Assembly: GCF_006345805.1 (NCBI RefSeq)
Contig: NC_043001.1
Coordinates: 7,068,001-7,132,000 of the forward strand
Direction of reading: 5' to 3'
Source of the DNA: Octopus sinensis
Taxonomy: Eukaryota
DNA length: 64,000 nt
In this document: one piece after another, positions 1 to 13,491 of the stretch
Layout: every line of letters begins with the position of its first letter
How positions within the stretch are numbered: the stretch's first letter is position 1
Translations under genes and position numbers: made by a program
The notes under the pieces: generated by a model
Seen by the model: the letters and a program-made list of their open reading frames with translations, nothing else
Databases searched by the model: none
Told to the model about the DNA's origin: nothing

Positions 1-108
1 TAAATTAAGTATCAGTTACGCACTGGTGTTGATGTAATCAACTTAATCCCTTTGTCTGTCCTTGTTCGTCCCCTCTATCTTTAGCCCCTTGTGGGCAGTA
101 AAGAAATA
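1..108 (+). mobile_element. 3' part of a tRNA-derived SINE (Nin/Deu-domain-like family), truncated by the window edge
   Basis: Matches the body and tail of the copies at 34203-34436 and 47330-48070 (AAGTAyCAGTTACGCACTGG..GATGTAATCrACTTAATCC..TTTAGCCCCTTGTGGG.AGTAAAGAAATA). Confidence 0.8.
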
Positions 109-169
109 TATATCTATGTAAATATATATACATTGATATGTGTGTGTATCCATTATACACGTACTATAC

Positions 170-187
170 ACACAGATAGATATATCA

Positions 188-239
<52 letters not shown>

Positions 240-313
240 CATAGATAGATAAATAGATAGATGATAGATAGATAGATAAATAGATAGATAGATAGATAGA
301 TAGGTATATATAT

Positions 314-351
<38 letters not shown>

Positions 352-391
352 GATAGATAGATAGATAGATAGACAGATAAACATATAGATC

Positions 392-429
<38 letters not shown>

Positions 430-430
430 A
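170..430. repeat. (GATA)n/(TA)n compound microsatellite
   Basis: Read directly; it produces the YLSI/IY ORFs in the track. Confidence 0.95.
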
Positions 431-484
431 AAAAGATAGACGTGTTTCTTTCAGCTTCCATCTGTTATTTCCTCTCATAAACTT

Positions 485-590
485 TTCTTCTACCTTGGTC
501 TATGTCAGAGCCACTTGGCCAAGGTGCCACAGAGTTGAACTGAAACCGGAACCATGTGGTTGGGAAGCAATATGCTTTCCACATAGCCAC
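485..590 (-). mobile_element. Degenerate head of the CORE-like tRNA SINE
   Basis: Reverse complement gives GTGGCTATGTGG..CCAACCACATGGTTCCGGTTTCAG..GTGGCACCTTGGCCAAGTG, matching the heads at 2877 and 25105. Confidence 0.7.
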
Positions 591-874
591 AGGTATTTTC
601 TAAATATTGTTCTTTCCCCATGGAAATATCCCCTATAAGTCTTATGGCATCAAACTTACATAAGATAAAAATCTTACATATAATGTCGTTTTTACATCTC
701 TAGACTTTTACGTATATCTCCGAATTAAATAGAGAATTTCAGCGCGGAAATTATTTTTGTTTAAATCTGCACATTTTTGAACATGCAGTGGAGTTCGTTC
801 TTTGAACGAACAACCTAATGCAGCTTTATCATAATTTCCAGCATAAAATGGACCATGAGACGAAGGGAACAAAG

Positions 875-1050
875 ATTTTGTCCGTGTATGCATGTATGTA
901 TGTAGATATAGGTGTATATATACGTGTGTGTGTGTGACATGTAAGAATGCGGTAGTGCTCCTGAATGGGCGCAGCCATTTGATGCAAAGCTAGTAAAAGA
1001 GCATAAGCACAGACACACGAGCACATATTCTAACACACATTCGCAGTTTA
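875..1050 (-). repeat. Unclassified interspersed repeat, inverted relative to copies at 2595-2815 and 4685-4905
   Basis: Reverse complement aligns with TGTGAATGTGTGTTAGAATA..CTCGTGTG..TTATGCTCTTTTAyTAGCTT..GCATC.AATGGCTGCG. The + copies end in CACCTGAGCACTGTACACAAT, like the CR1 tail at about 52100. Confidence 0.55.
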
Positions 1051-1055
1051 TCCTA

Positions 1056-1087
<32 letters not shown>

Positions 1088-1090
<3 letters not shown>

Positions 1091-1218
1091 GTGTAGGAGT
1101 TGTAAGTAGCTTGCTTACCAATCACACAGTTCTGGGTTCATTCCTACAGCGTAGAATCTTCGGCAAATGTCTTCATACCAAAGATCTGAGATTGGATGTC
1201 TCTGAAAGAAGCCCGTTA
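1088..1218 (+). mobile_element. Degenerate CORE-like SINE head
   Basis: GTAAGTAGCTTGCTTACCAATCAC..GTTCTGGGTTCA..CTTCGGCAAATGTCTTC. Confidence 0.6.
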
Positions 1219-1259
1219 TATTTATATATAAGTATTTAAGTATATATATAAGTATTTAA

Positions 1260-1309
<50 letters not shown>

Positions 1310-1321
1310 CTATATATGATA

Positions 1322-1362
<41 letters not shown>

Positions 1363-1387
1363 TATTATATATATATAAGTATTTAAG

Positions 1388-1420
<33 letters not shown>

Positions 1421-1572
1421 AGTATATATATATGTATTTAAGTATATATGTATAGATATATATATTCATATATATATATATATATATTATATATTACATA
1501 AATATATACATAATAATATATATATAGCATGTATATAGATATATCTGTATATATAAATACATACATAATACA

Positions 1573-1607
<35 letters not shown>

Positions 1608-1890
1608 CACACGCACACATACACACACACACACACATATTATATATATTATATATTAATATATAATATATAAATATATATTTATATATATGTATATATG
1701 TATATATACATATATTAATCAATCAATCATCAATCATATATATTTATACACTACATATATGTGGATGTATATGTATATATATATATATATTATATATATA
1801 TATATATGTATCTATCTATCTATCGATATACATACATACATACAACATACATACATACATACATACACATGCATACCTATGTGTGTGTGT
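1218..1890. repeat. (TA)n-rich low-complexity tract
   Basis: Read directly. Confidence 0.9.
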
Positions 1891-2344
1891 GTATAATAGT
1901 AGAACTGATTGATGTTGAACGGAGCCAGCAGTAATAGATTTATTAGCATTTTACCTGACGTTGTGAAAACAAATATTTGATGTTGTATGTAGTTTTTGCA
2001 GGGTTTAGGCTAAAACATTGAGGCATTATGCTGTGTTATGTGCGAAAAAATTTCCACGTGACTGTGCATGAGAAGGATACGTGAGGCAGACCATGGAGAG
2101 AGCTAGCCTGCAAATGATTTTCAAGCAAATACACGCCATTGCGCTCACCTGTGTATGTGTGTGTGTGTGTGTGTGTGTGCATGTTATATATTAAGAGTAT
2201 GTAAATACCACATACACACACACAGCCACGAACACACACACACATATATGCATAAAGATAGATAAATAGATTGGTGAGTTATTGATAGACAGACAGACAT
2301 ATAGATAGAAAGATAGATAGATAAATAGATAGAAAGATAGATAG

Positions 2345-2388
<44 letters not shown>

Positions 2389-2405
2389 CAGACAGATAGA
2401 TAGAT

Positions 2406-2463
<58 letters not shown>

Positions 2464-2876
2464 CAGACAGATAAATAGATAGATCAATTGATAGATAGAT
2501 AGATAGATAGATAGATAAATAGATAGAAAGATAGATAGATAGATAGATAGATGTGCAAGCTGACCGCACATACCCGCTCTTATTTATAAAAAATATACTG
2601 TGAATGTGTGTTAGAATACTAGCTCGTGTGTGTGTGTGTTTATGCTCTTTTATTAGCTTCGCATCTAATGGCTGCGTCCATTCAGGCGAACTACCACATT
2701 CTTATATGCCACACACACACGCACTCACACACAGACACACTCACATATACACATAAACATATTTTGTGTGTGTGTGAGTGTGTGTGTATAGTGCACCTGA
2801 GCACTGTACACAATTATTATTACTATTATATTATTATTATATATATATATATTGATATATACACACACTATATATA

Positions 2877-3289
2877 GGCGCAGGAGTGGCTGTGTGATAA
2901 GTAGCTTGTTTACCAACCGCATGATTCCTGGTTCAGTCCCACTGCGTAGCATCTTGGGCAAGTGACTTCTGCTATAGCCCGGGGCCGACCAATGCCTTGT
3001 GAGTGGATTTGGTAGACGAACTGAAAGAAGCCTGTCGTATATATGTATATATATGTACGATATATGTATGTGTGTGTGTTGTGTGTCTGTGGTTTGTCCC
3101 CCTAGCAATGCTTGACAACCGATGGCTGGTGTGTTACGTCCCCGTCACTTAGCTGTTCGGCAAAAGAGACCGATAGAATGAGTACTGGGCTTACAAAGAT
3201 AAAGTCCCGGGGTCGATTTGCTCGATTAAAGGCGGTGCTCCAGCATAGCCGCAGTCAAATGACTGAAACAAGTAAAAGAGTAGAAGAGA
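2877..3289 (+). mobile_element. Full-length CORE-like tRNA SINE with internal (TA/TG)n
   Basis: tRNA-like head GGCGCAGGAGTGGCTGTGTG..GGTTCAGTCCC, CORE-like CTTGGGCAAGTG, tail GGCGGTGCTCCAGCAT.GCCGCAGTCAAATGACTGAAAC(AAGTAAAAGAGT)n. Confidence 0.85.
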
Positions 3290-3324
3290 TATATATATGC
3301 ATACCAAACTCACACGCGCATTTT

Positions 3325-3355
<31 letters not shown>

Positions 3356-4422
3356 TTTATATATATATATACATCTATATATATATATATATTATATATG
3401 TCACAATATATATATATATATATATATATAATAGATATATATATATATATATATATATGTTATGTATATATATGACTGTATGTATAGTAATTCCTGAGGT
3501 TTTCGATTGTGTTTAACTGTCTTAAAGTTAACATTCTTAAAGTCCTCGTCTTATTCCACAATTTTCTGGTCAACCTCGAAATCCAGACGTTGAAATTTTA
3601 ATATTTAAGCGGAGAAATAGCAGAAATGTTATTGCACCGGATAAAATGTTTTGCGCCATATCGTTAGTCTTATAGTTCTGTGTTCAAATCCTTCCGTTGC
3701 CCACTATGTGTTTCATTTTTTCGGGCGTCCATCAGATAATTACCTGTTGTGCACTAATGTCAATGTAATCGATTTATTCCATGCCTTAACATTGCTGGTT
3801 TTGTTTCATAATGATAAGTCCATATAATTAATAGATAAATGCGCCCTTTTAAAGCCTTGCCATGCTCATGGGCNNNNNNNNNNNNNNNNNNNNNNNNNNN
3901 NNNNNNNNNNNNNNNNNNNNNNNNNNNNNNNNNNNNNNNNNNNNNNNNNNNNNNNNNNNNNNNNNNNNNNNNNGTGTGTGTGTATAATAGTAGAACTGAT
4001 TGATGTGAACGGAGCCAGCAGTAATAGATTTATTAGCATTTTACCTGACGTTGTGAATAACAAATATTTGATGTTGTATGTAGTTTGCAGGGTTTAGGCT
4101 AAACATTGAGGCATTATGCTGTGTTATGTGCGAAAACATTTCCACGTGACTGTGCATGTAGAAGGATACGTGAGGCAGACCATGGAGAGAGCTAGCCTGC
4201 AAATGATTTGTCAAGCAAATACACGCCATTGCGCTCACCTGTGTATGTGTGTGTGTGTGTGTGTGTGTGCCTGTTTATATATTTAAGAGTATGTAAATAC
4301 ACACATACACACACACGCACGAACACACACACACATATATGCATAAAGATAGATAAATAGATTGATTGAGTTATTGATAGACAGACAGACATATAGATAG
4401 AAAGATAGATAGATAAATAGAT

Positions 4423-4481
<59 letters not shown>

Positions 4482-4498
4482 CAGACAGATAGATAGAT

Positions 4499-4556
<58 letters not shown>

Positions 4557-4969
4557 CAGACAGATAAATAGATAGATCCAATTGATAGATAGATAGATAG
4601 ATGATAGATAAATAGATAGAAAGATAGATAGATAGATGATAGATGTGCAAGCTGACCGCACATACCCGCTCTTATTTATAAAAAATATACTGTGAATGTG
4701 TGTTAGAATACTAGCTCGTGTGTGTGTGCTTATGCTCTTTTATTAGCTTCGCATCTAATGGCTGCGGCCATTCAGGCGAACTACCACATTCTTATATGCC
4801 ACACACACACGCACTCACACACAGACACACTCACATATACACATAAACATAGTTTGTGTGTGTGTGAGTGTGTGTGTATAGTGCACCTGAGCACTGTACA
4901 CAATTATTATTACTATTATTATATTATTATTATATATATATATATTGATATATACACACACTATATATA

Positions 4970-5381
4970 GGCGCAGGAGTGGCTGTGTGGTAAGTAGCTT
5001 GTTTACCAACCGCATGATTCCTGGTTCAGTCCCACTGCGTAGCATCTTGGGCAAGTGACTTCTGCTATAGCCCGGGGCCGACCAATGCCTTGTGAGTGGA
5101 TTTGGTAGACGAACTGAAAGAAGCCTGTCGTATATATGTATATATATGTACGATATATGTATGTGTGTGTGTTGTGTGTCTGTGGTTTGTCCCCCTAGCA
5201 ATGCTTGACAACCGATGGCTGGTGTGTTACGTCCCCGTCACTTAGCTGTTCGGCAAAAGAGACCGATAGAATGAGTACTGGGCTTACAAAGATAAAGTCC
5301 CGGGGTCGATTTGCTCGATTAAAGGCGGTGCTCCAGCATAGCCGCAGTCAAATGACTGAAACAAGTAAAAGAGTAGAAGAG
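4970..5381 (+). mobile_element. Duplicate of the SINE at 2877-3289
   Basis: Near-identical, and lies inside the gap-flanking duplication. Confidence 0.85.
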
Positions 5382-5417
5382 ATATATATATGCATACCAA
5401 ACTCACACGCGCATTTT

Positions 5418-5448
<31 letters not shown>

Positions 5449-5927
5449 TTTATATATATATATACATCTATATATATATATATATTATATATGTCACAAT
5501 ATATATATATATATATATATATAATAGATATATATATATATATATATATATGTTATGTATATATATGACTGTATGTATAGTAATTCCTGAGGTTTTCGAT
5601 TGTGTTTATTGTCTTAAAGTTAAAACATTCTTAAAGTCCTCGTCTTATTCCACAATTTTCTGGTCAACCTCGAAATCCAGACGTTGAAATTTTTAATATT
5701 TAAGCGGAGAAATAGCAGAAATGTTATTGCACCGGATAAAATGTTTTGGGGCGCCATATCGTTAGTCTTATAGTTCTGTGTTCAAATCCTTCCGTTGCCC
5801 ACTTGTGTTCATTTTTCGGGCGTCCATCAGATAATTACCTGTTGTGGCACTAATGTCAATGTAATCGATTTATTCCATGCCTTAACATTGCTGGTTTTGT
5901 TTCATAATGATAAGTCCATATAATAAT

Positions 5928-6174
5928 AGATAAATGCGCCCTTTTAAAGCCTTGCCATGCTCATGGGCCCGGTTTCAACGGCGTATGTGTTCCCCAGATG
6001 AACGGGACGCCAATCCATCACAGCGTTACTAATTTTTGCCAGCTGAGTGAACTGAAGCATCGTGAAATGAAGTGTTTTGCTCAAGAACACAATGCATCGC
6101 CCGGTCCAGGAATCGAAACCACAATCTTACGATCACGGTGCTGACACCCTAACCACTAAGCCACGCACCTCCAC
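5928..6174 (-). mobile_element. tRNA-derived SINE with CORE- and V-domain-like body
   Basis: Reverse complement: GTGGAGGTGCGTGGCTTAGTGGTTAGGG (box A)..GGTTTCGATTCCTGG (box B)..TTCTTGAGCAAAACACTT..GATGGATTGGCGTCCCGT. Confidence 0.8.
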
Positions 6175-6691
6175 TAAGTCCATATACCAGTCTTAATTAT
6201 GAATTACACATTGCATATACTGTATAGTTTTTGATATCCAGTAATTAATAGAAGACTACAGTGGATTGCAAAATCTCTAAAGAGTGGCGAAATAAAATGT
6301 TCACGGTAATTCTTTTATATCTGTTGGTACAAATCCCGCTCAGTACCACTTAGCCTTCCACTGATTTGGAATGGATAAAAAAAATACCCCTCATGTATTT
6401 ATTCTAAGATCTTGATTTATGCAGTTCACTCAAAAAATAGCTGGTCTTTTTGGCTAAAAGAAAACGAAAATACAAAATCGTCTCTATGCAGCTTGATGTT
6501 AAGAAGGAGAAAGAGAGCGAAGCAGTGGTGTTTGCCGTATCTGTTCCTTTCCTCTATAAGCTGATTTATTTGACCATGGTTTTGAAATATGGTCTTTATC
6601 AACCCGAGGACAAAATCTAATACGATAATTTAAAAAAACTAGGACGGAAGAAATCGCCTAACACTAAATATCCATATATATATATTTCTTC

Positions 6692-7010
6692 TATACGAGG
6701 AATAATCAACAAATATAGGGATTGTTTCTATGGTAACAGGCTTAAAATATGTAGAGTGTAGCCCCGCACAAATTGAGCGTGAATTCTGTCACGTATGCAC
6801 ATTAAATTACAACGTCCTTGATTGATTCTGTTGTTTATAGAACCTCATGGAATTAAAGTGGATGGAGATTGGTCATCTCTCCGCATAACAAAGTTGACAT
6901 CAATGACCAGGGAGGTGGAAATATGTGTGCGTGTGTGTTTGATCATATTTCTGTGCATGCGTGGGGGCGAAAGCGTCGTAAATGACACGGCTTTAGTGTT
7001 ATTAGGCCAA
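6692..7010 (+). mobile_element. Possible decayed 5' end of a mariner-type transposon
   Basis: Begins TA-TACGAGGAATAATCAACAAATATAGGGA, resembling a mariner TIR start. The downstream frame EICVRVCLIIFLCMRG faintly resembles mariner N-termini. Weak. Confidence 0.25.
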
Positions 7011-7358
7011 GTATATTTCCAAATATTATATTCCACTTGAAAAGAGCAAAATTTTCAAACGGCAAAGAAATCCAAAAGAACGCAATGAGAGAGCTGCTTG
7101 CTCTAGAATAAAACAAAATGGTTCCTGGTGGAACGTATGTTCCTGGCTAACGGGTGTGTCCTCAAAAGAAGTGAAATGTTGAATTGTTATTTGTTGTATT
7201 TTTCTTTGTATAGCAACAGCCAGTTACCATTTGATTTGACCTCATAGACACAAATCCTGGAATTTCAGTGGAGGGGTGAATCAGATTATATCGAAAATAT
7301 TGAAAACGAAAAGACATCCTCGTCGGCATTGAGCTCAAAACTTATATTTGGAAGATAA

Positions 7359-7742
7359 GTGGAGGCGCAATGGCTCAGTGGTTAGGGCAGCGGACTCGCG
7401 GTCGTAGGATCGCGGTTTCGATTCCCAGACCGGGCGTTGTGAGTGTTTATTGAGCGAAAACACCTAAAGTTCCACGAGGCTTCGGCAGGGGATGGTGGTG
7501 ATCCCTGCTGTACTCTTTCACCACAACTTTCTCTCACTCTTACTTCCTGTTTCTGTTGTACCTGTATTTCAAAGGACCGGCCTTTTCACTCTCTGTGTCA
7601 CGCTGAATATCCCCGAGAACTACATTAAGGGTACACGTGTCTGTGGAGTGTTCAGCCACTTACACGTTAATTTCACGAGCAGGCTGTTCTGTTGATTCGG
7701 ATCAACCGGAACCCTCATCGTCGTAACCGACGGAGTGCTTCC
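7359..7742 (+). mobile_element. Young full-length tRNA-derived SINE with 12-bp target-site duplication
   Basis: Box A TGGCTCAGTGG, box B GTTTCGATTCC; flanked by ATTTGGAAGATA at 7346-7357 and 7743-7754. Confidence 0.9.
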
Positions 7743-7984
7743 ATTTGGAAGATATACTATAAACCATGTTCAAGGGAAATAAACAATACTATTAGCTTGT
7801 TCCACTTAAGTTACAAACAATGATTCTGTTAAGAGAAAGAATTCAATTTAAATATTGGATTCCGTGGAAAATTAGTACTGCATACTTTCTTCTGAAATTC
7901 ACCATTATAACTTATTTAGATATTATATATTTCTCACAGCAGACAAATTAGCTTCTTAATTCAGACACTCTGCTATGTATATTA

Positions 7985-8240
7985 AAATGGCTAAGTAGTT
8001 AGTTCGTTGAGTTCACAATCATGGGGTAGTGAGTTCGATTCCCGGGCTGAGTTGCGCGTTGTGTTACTAGTGCCAAGCTCTATCGGTCTTTGCATTTCAC
8101 TTGGATAACATCGGTAGCATGGAGTGGGGATGGTGGCATGCGTGGGCGACTGCTGGTCTTCTAGAAAAATAACATTGCTGGAACTGTGCCTTCGAAGGTG
8201 CAATTTCATGGTCTTTCATGTCCAAAGGCTGGGGGTCTCT
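7985..8240 (+). mobile_element. Degenerate tRNA-derived SINE (separate family)
   Basis: AATGGCTAAGTAGTTAG..GAGTTCGATTCCCGG head followed by the body GTGCCAAGCT.TATCGG.CTTTGC..TTGGATAACA..GGGCGACTGCTGGTCTT. Confidence 0.65.
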
Positions 8241-8335
8241 TCCCTATTTATTAAAGTACCATTTACCATTGAAATAGAATCATCTGTTTGAAATTGTCAA
8301 CGTAGTAGAGTTGAAAGTCTTCATTCGTCACGATA

Positions 8336-8442
8336 GGCATGGCTGTGTGGTAAAAAGCTAACTTCCTAATAATCGCTTGGTTCCGGGTTCAGTCCCACTG
8401 CATGGCGTCTTCCACAATACCTCGTGTCAGTGTGTGTATGCG

Positions 8443-8504
<62 letters not shown>

Positions 8505-8770
8505 TGTGCGTGCGTGTGTGTGTGTATACTTAAATACATATACAGATATATTGATATATACATGTGAGTGCGGGTGGGTGTATGTGCATGTGTATATATA
8601 CCTATGCGTATGATTTTTTTGTCTCACTGCTTCTCCCCCACATTACCACTTAACAAGTTGTTGGAGTGTTTAGGTCCACGTAACTTAGCGGTTCGGCAAA
8701 TGTGGCCCATGGAATAAATACCAAGCTTCAAAATGTAAGTCTTGGGTTCGATTAGTTTGACTTTCGACGG
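8336..8770 (+). mobile_element. Degenerate CORE-like SINE with internal microsatellite
   Basis: Head GGCATGGCTGTGTGGTAA..GGTTCCGGGTTCAGTCCCACTGC; tail GTAACTTAGCGGTTCGGCAAA. Confidence 0.65.
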
Positions 8771-9555
8771 TTAAAAGTGTACGGTTATCATGTGTGTGTG
8801 TGTGTGTGTGTTGTATGCAAACGCATTCACCTGAGTGTATGTGTACAAGTAACACAGTGGATGTGTCGTTTTGAGTGATTTGCGTTTTGTGTAAGAAGAC
8901 AAAGAAATCGTTTAACTCATCTTTTTTTTAATTCGTTACAAGTGTTTCTATACCAATGCAGATTCTGACGCCATTTAATGCCAAAATTCCTAGTGAAAAT
9001 TTACGTAATGTGGGTGGTTTTGAACACTAGAGGGACAGTCTATCACACTTGCATCACACACACACACACATACATATATAAATGTTGATATTTTACTGTT
9101 GCTTATGTTTGTAGTAGTACGCCGAGAAATCACATTCATTGTCGATGGCTACCTGGTGTTATCCACGGTAGTTGCAACAGCTATCGCTTCATGTGCCTCA
9201 GGAATTCTTCAGAGTACGTTGATTATAAAACAGACGAGACGGAGAATGGAATACACCGCTAAATCTATAGCTCACAACGATCGTTTTGACACATCTTGCA
9301 ATATTCACACGCTGGTCGGAAAATATGCAGCTAGCTGTGGTATATCCCTCGGTGCCGAACCGTCACGACTGGTTTGCACGATTGTTCGAACGTGCGTGTG
9401 TGCATATATGTGTGCGTGTGTATATATGTATGTGTGTATGTATCCATGTATATAAGTGCATGTATATATGTGAACGTATGGAAATGTATGTGCATACATA
9501 TGTATAGAAGTGTACATGTACGCATATGTGTATGTACATATGTCTGTATATATGC

Positions 9556-9587
<32 letters not shown>

Positions 9588-10036
9588 TATTATATATATA
9601 ATATATGTGTGTGTGTGTGTGGTGTGCGAAAATTAAAGAACATTATGAATAAGTAGTTTTGAACACTGTCGGCCGCAAGGTAACTTATGACGAAAGTGAA
9701 AATGTTGGAGATTCTGGCATTGACACCCGATGTCTGCAGTGACCCATACCGACCATCCGGTAGACCAAGGGAAGATAACATGTATCTCAAGAAAGGCTTC
9801 AACCATCTGCATAATATCAATTGTTACGTTATTGGTAACATAAGCATGCGTAATTCCAAACTTTCTTACTTTGACGGGTGGAAAACATATAGCTTCACTA
9901 ACGAAATGTATTTATTTTGTTACGGTAAAAGACATATACACACATACACGGACAAACACACACACACATGCACACACGAACACATACAGACACATACCAA
10001 TCGAATATAGCGTCGCTGGGTCATCCAACATCTGCA

Positions 10037-10076
<40 letters not shown>

Positions 10077-10736
10077 ATTGCATACATACATATATATATA
10101 CATACACACACACACACAAACACAAATATATAATATATATATATATATATATACAAACAACACGGTTTCCGTCAAATAAATACATTCAGTTTCCACGCAG
10201 TGGGACCGATCTTAGAATCAATTGTTTTGGATGGAAATTCTCAGCACAAAACCGCGCTAGCTAATACAGATATATATATAAACATATATATATTTATATA
10301 TATATATATAAATATATATATATGCAGAAAATAGATAACAGAATTTGAGCTGCAGTGTTTCCTCCCCTGCTGTTCGAGTTTCCTTTTGAAGTTTCTCAGT
10401 GTCTGGATATGCTGTTATGCACAAATCCATTTGAAGACTGATCTGTGAGCAGAAGTGCGCTTTACAATATATCATTTCGGAGCAGTTCTCCTTATTGTAA
10501 TTCGCAGGTGATCACGTGATCCTAAATGTTAGCTATCACAAACAAATATATTTACTCGCTGTTTTGCAATATATAGGTCAAATGTTTGATTGACGGATAA
10601 TTTGGTAAATCGATAAACGTGCTAAATTGATATACTCAGCTCTCTTATCACTGAATACCCATAATCAAATATCTGTATCTTATATTTTCACCTAACACTA
10701 ATATACATACCTATATATATTCTTATACATATATAT

Positions 10737-10808
<72 letters not shown>

Positions 10809-10826
10809 CATATACGTATTATATAT

Positions 10827-10857
<31 letters not shown>

Positions 10858-10894
10858 CTTTGTATCTATATATAATATTATATATATATATATA

Positions 10895-10943
<49 letters not shown>

Positions 10944-10944
10944 G

Positions 10945-10976
<32 letters not shown>

Positions 10977-11198
10977 TATATAATATCCTACCTCATTTTC
11001 AGTTTACGTTGAGAAGCAGTTTAAAACCACGCTTGTACTTACAGAACGTCGTTTATCTAACATTCCTAGAAACAGAAGTACCGGATATGATTCTACACAG
11101 CGAGAAATATAAACTGCTGTAAAATGCTTTCTTCAAAATTCCTTTACACACACGCACGTACGCACACATACAGATGGGTAGACGTGAATATTATATAC

Positions 11199-11246
<48 letters not shown>

Positions 11247-11589
11247 GTATTCTTACATGCATTTCTATGCGTTTATTATGTGTAGCCATTTGCGTTGCGT
11301 TATTGATTTTATGTGAATAAAACAGCTCGAATATTTATAAGCACGTGCATGTTTAAGCCAAAGTACGCTTTAGATTTATCTCTCCTTTAAGTTCCAAACG
11401 CGGAAACATTGATATATAAGTATTCCTATGCACAAGATACACACGCAATACCGCTGCCGTAGAAAATTCACACACACACACACATACACTTACACACACA
11501 TGCAGACGCACACATAAGCACTCGCAAGAATTAGGCACGCACATGTATAAAAATAATGTAAGTATATATTATTTTCTTCTTTTATTTCT

Positions 11590-11832
11590 ATTAGTAATTT
11601 CAATGCGGCCATGCTGGAGCAGCGGCTTTATTCGACCAAATCGACCCCAGGACTTATTTTTTGTAAGCATAGTGCTTATTCTATCGGGTAGTTTGCCCGA
11701 ACCGCTAGGTCGCCATGCGATATTAGGGCGACAAACACACACACAAACTTATATATATATATACATATACGAGAGGCCTCTTTCAGTTTTTATCTATCAA
11801 ATCCACTCACAAACATTTGGTTGCACCGAGGC
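11590..11832 (-). mobile_element. Partial CORE-like SINE
   Basis: GCGGCCATGCTGGAGCA..TCGACCCCAGGACTTATT..CCGAACCGCTAGG..CAAATCCACTCACAA. Confidence 0.7.
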
Positions 11833-11836
11833 TATA

Positions 11837-11910
<74 letters not shown>

Positions 11911-11931
11911 CATATACACACACACCCACAC

Positions 11932-11974
<43 letters not shown>

Positions 11975-12063
11975 TATAGGGTGAAAAGGAACACACGAGT
12001 TGATATATATGAAAAAACAAGTAAAAAATAGAAAATGCTAAAATAATTTTATAGTGAACATTT

Positions 12064-12101
12064 CAGTACCGGTTTCGGTCATTTTGAGACCTTTTCAACA
12101 G
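12064..12101 (-). ncRNA. Minimal type-I hammerhead-like motif, U3-A8 core variant
   Basis: Reverse complement CTG-TTGAAAA-GGTC-TCAAAAT-GACC-GAAA-CCGG-TA-CTG; stem I has a central mismatch. Confidence 0.6.
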
Positions 12102-13458
12102 TAACGATTAAATAATTAAATTTAGAAAACTTAGAAGAAAAGTTTTTTTTAAAAGAATATTTCTATAGTAGTTCAGATTTAAGTTGCATTCTGCCTTCTC
12201 TGACTCCCTTGTTTGCACTTGGTGTTCGAGGTAGTTGTGAGTTCTTGGTAAGGTAGTAGAGGGAAGGCTGGTGAGGAAAGGGGGGTGGAAATCTGGGAGT
12301 GCCCTGATGGTCGTATTTTGAATGGTCAGTGGCGGCTGGCAGTCTCAGTTCAATTCAGGAGAATATTTATATTGACAGGCTTGTTTATAGAATTAGCGTA
12401 GGTGTTATACTAAAAAACGTTAGTGACAAACTTAAGGGGTAGGGGGTGGAGAAAGAAGAGAAGAAGAAGAAGAAGAAGAAGGAGAAGGAGAAGGAGAAGA
12501 TGACGATGATGGTGATGGTAGTGATGATTATGACGACGATGATGATGATACGATGATGATGAAGAAGAAGAAAAGAAGAAGAAGGAGGAGAAGGAGAAGA
12601 TGGTGGTGATGATGGTGGCGATGATGATGATGCCGATGATGATGATAACGATGATGATGAAGAAGAAGAGGAAGAAAAGAAGAAGAGAAACAGAGAAGGG
12701 AGAATATGAATGGGTGTAATATAGCTATGAAGGGGCTGATTAGTATGGATTCTATGGAGTTAGTATTTGTGTGTGTATATATATTTTTTTTCTTTTATCT
12801 AAGTTGAGGTATATTAATTGTTTGTCGTAGACCCGTTAAGAAGTGGCTTGTATTTTGTAATAAAGAGATTTTTCTTTACTTATTCGTTGTCTCGAGGTTG
12901 TATCGTCCCTAAATTGGTAGAGGGGGAAAAAATTCTGAAGTTTGGTGTTTTTTTGTTGGCGCAAGTATCTATGTGTTGGCTAAAAGCTATTTTTCTGTTT
13001 TGGGGAATTTTTATCTGGGATCTGTGCAGGGCCAGCGAGAACCTAATATACTCACTAACCTGCTCCGGGTGTCAAGAGCAGTACATAGGCCAAACAAAAA
13101 TGGTTTGCGTAAACGAATGGCCCTGCACAGATCCCAGATCAAAAATTCCCCAAAACAAAAAATAGCTTTTAGCCACACATAGATACTTGCGCCAACAAAA
13201 AAACACCAAACTTCAGAATTTTCCCCCTCTACCAATTTAGGGACGATACAACGAATAAGTAAAGAAAATCTCTTTATTACAAAATACAAGCCACTTCTTA
13301 ACGGGTCTACGACAAACAATTAATATACCACCTCACTTTAGAATAAAAGAAATAAATATATATACACACACAAATACTACACTCCATAGAATCCATTACT
13401 AATCAGCCCCTTCATAGCTATATTTACACCCATTCATATTCTCCCTTCTCTGTTTTTT

Positions 13459-13491
<33 letters not shown>

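Larger units (their letters stand above)
1881..5968 (+). repeat. About 2-kb direct duplication (1881-3873 and 3974-5968) flanking a 100-N gap at 3874-3973; probable assembly artefact
   Basis: Both copies start GTGTGTGTATAATAGTAGAACTG and end GCCATGCTCATGGGC. They differ mostly by 1-bp homopolymer or microsatellite indels, and copy 1 stops in the middle of a SINE at the gap. Confidence 0.85.

Noticed and set aside
6841-6950. Ig-like peptide PHGIKVDGDWSSLRITK..DQG..YVC
   Set aside because: It needs two indels to complete the motif; a decayed mariner 5' end explains the segment at least as well.
7359-7432. Possible tRNA gene
   Set aside because: It continues into a SINE body, is bounded by a TSD, and has no proper acceptor stem or 7-nt anticodon loop.
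12455-12690. Acidic poly-E/D ORFs (also 13399-13746 and 14661-14987)
   Set aside because: They are the (GAA)n/(GAT)n tract in the PLE 3' non-coding region, repeated with the element.
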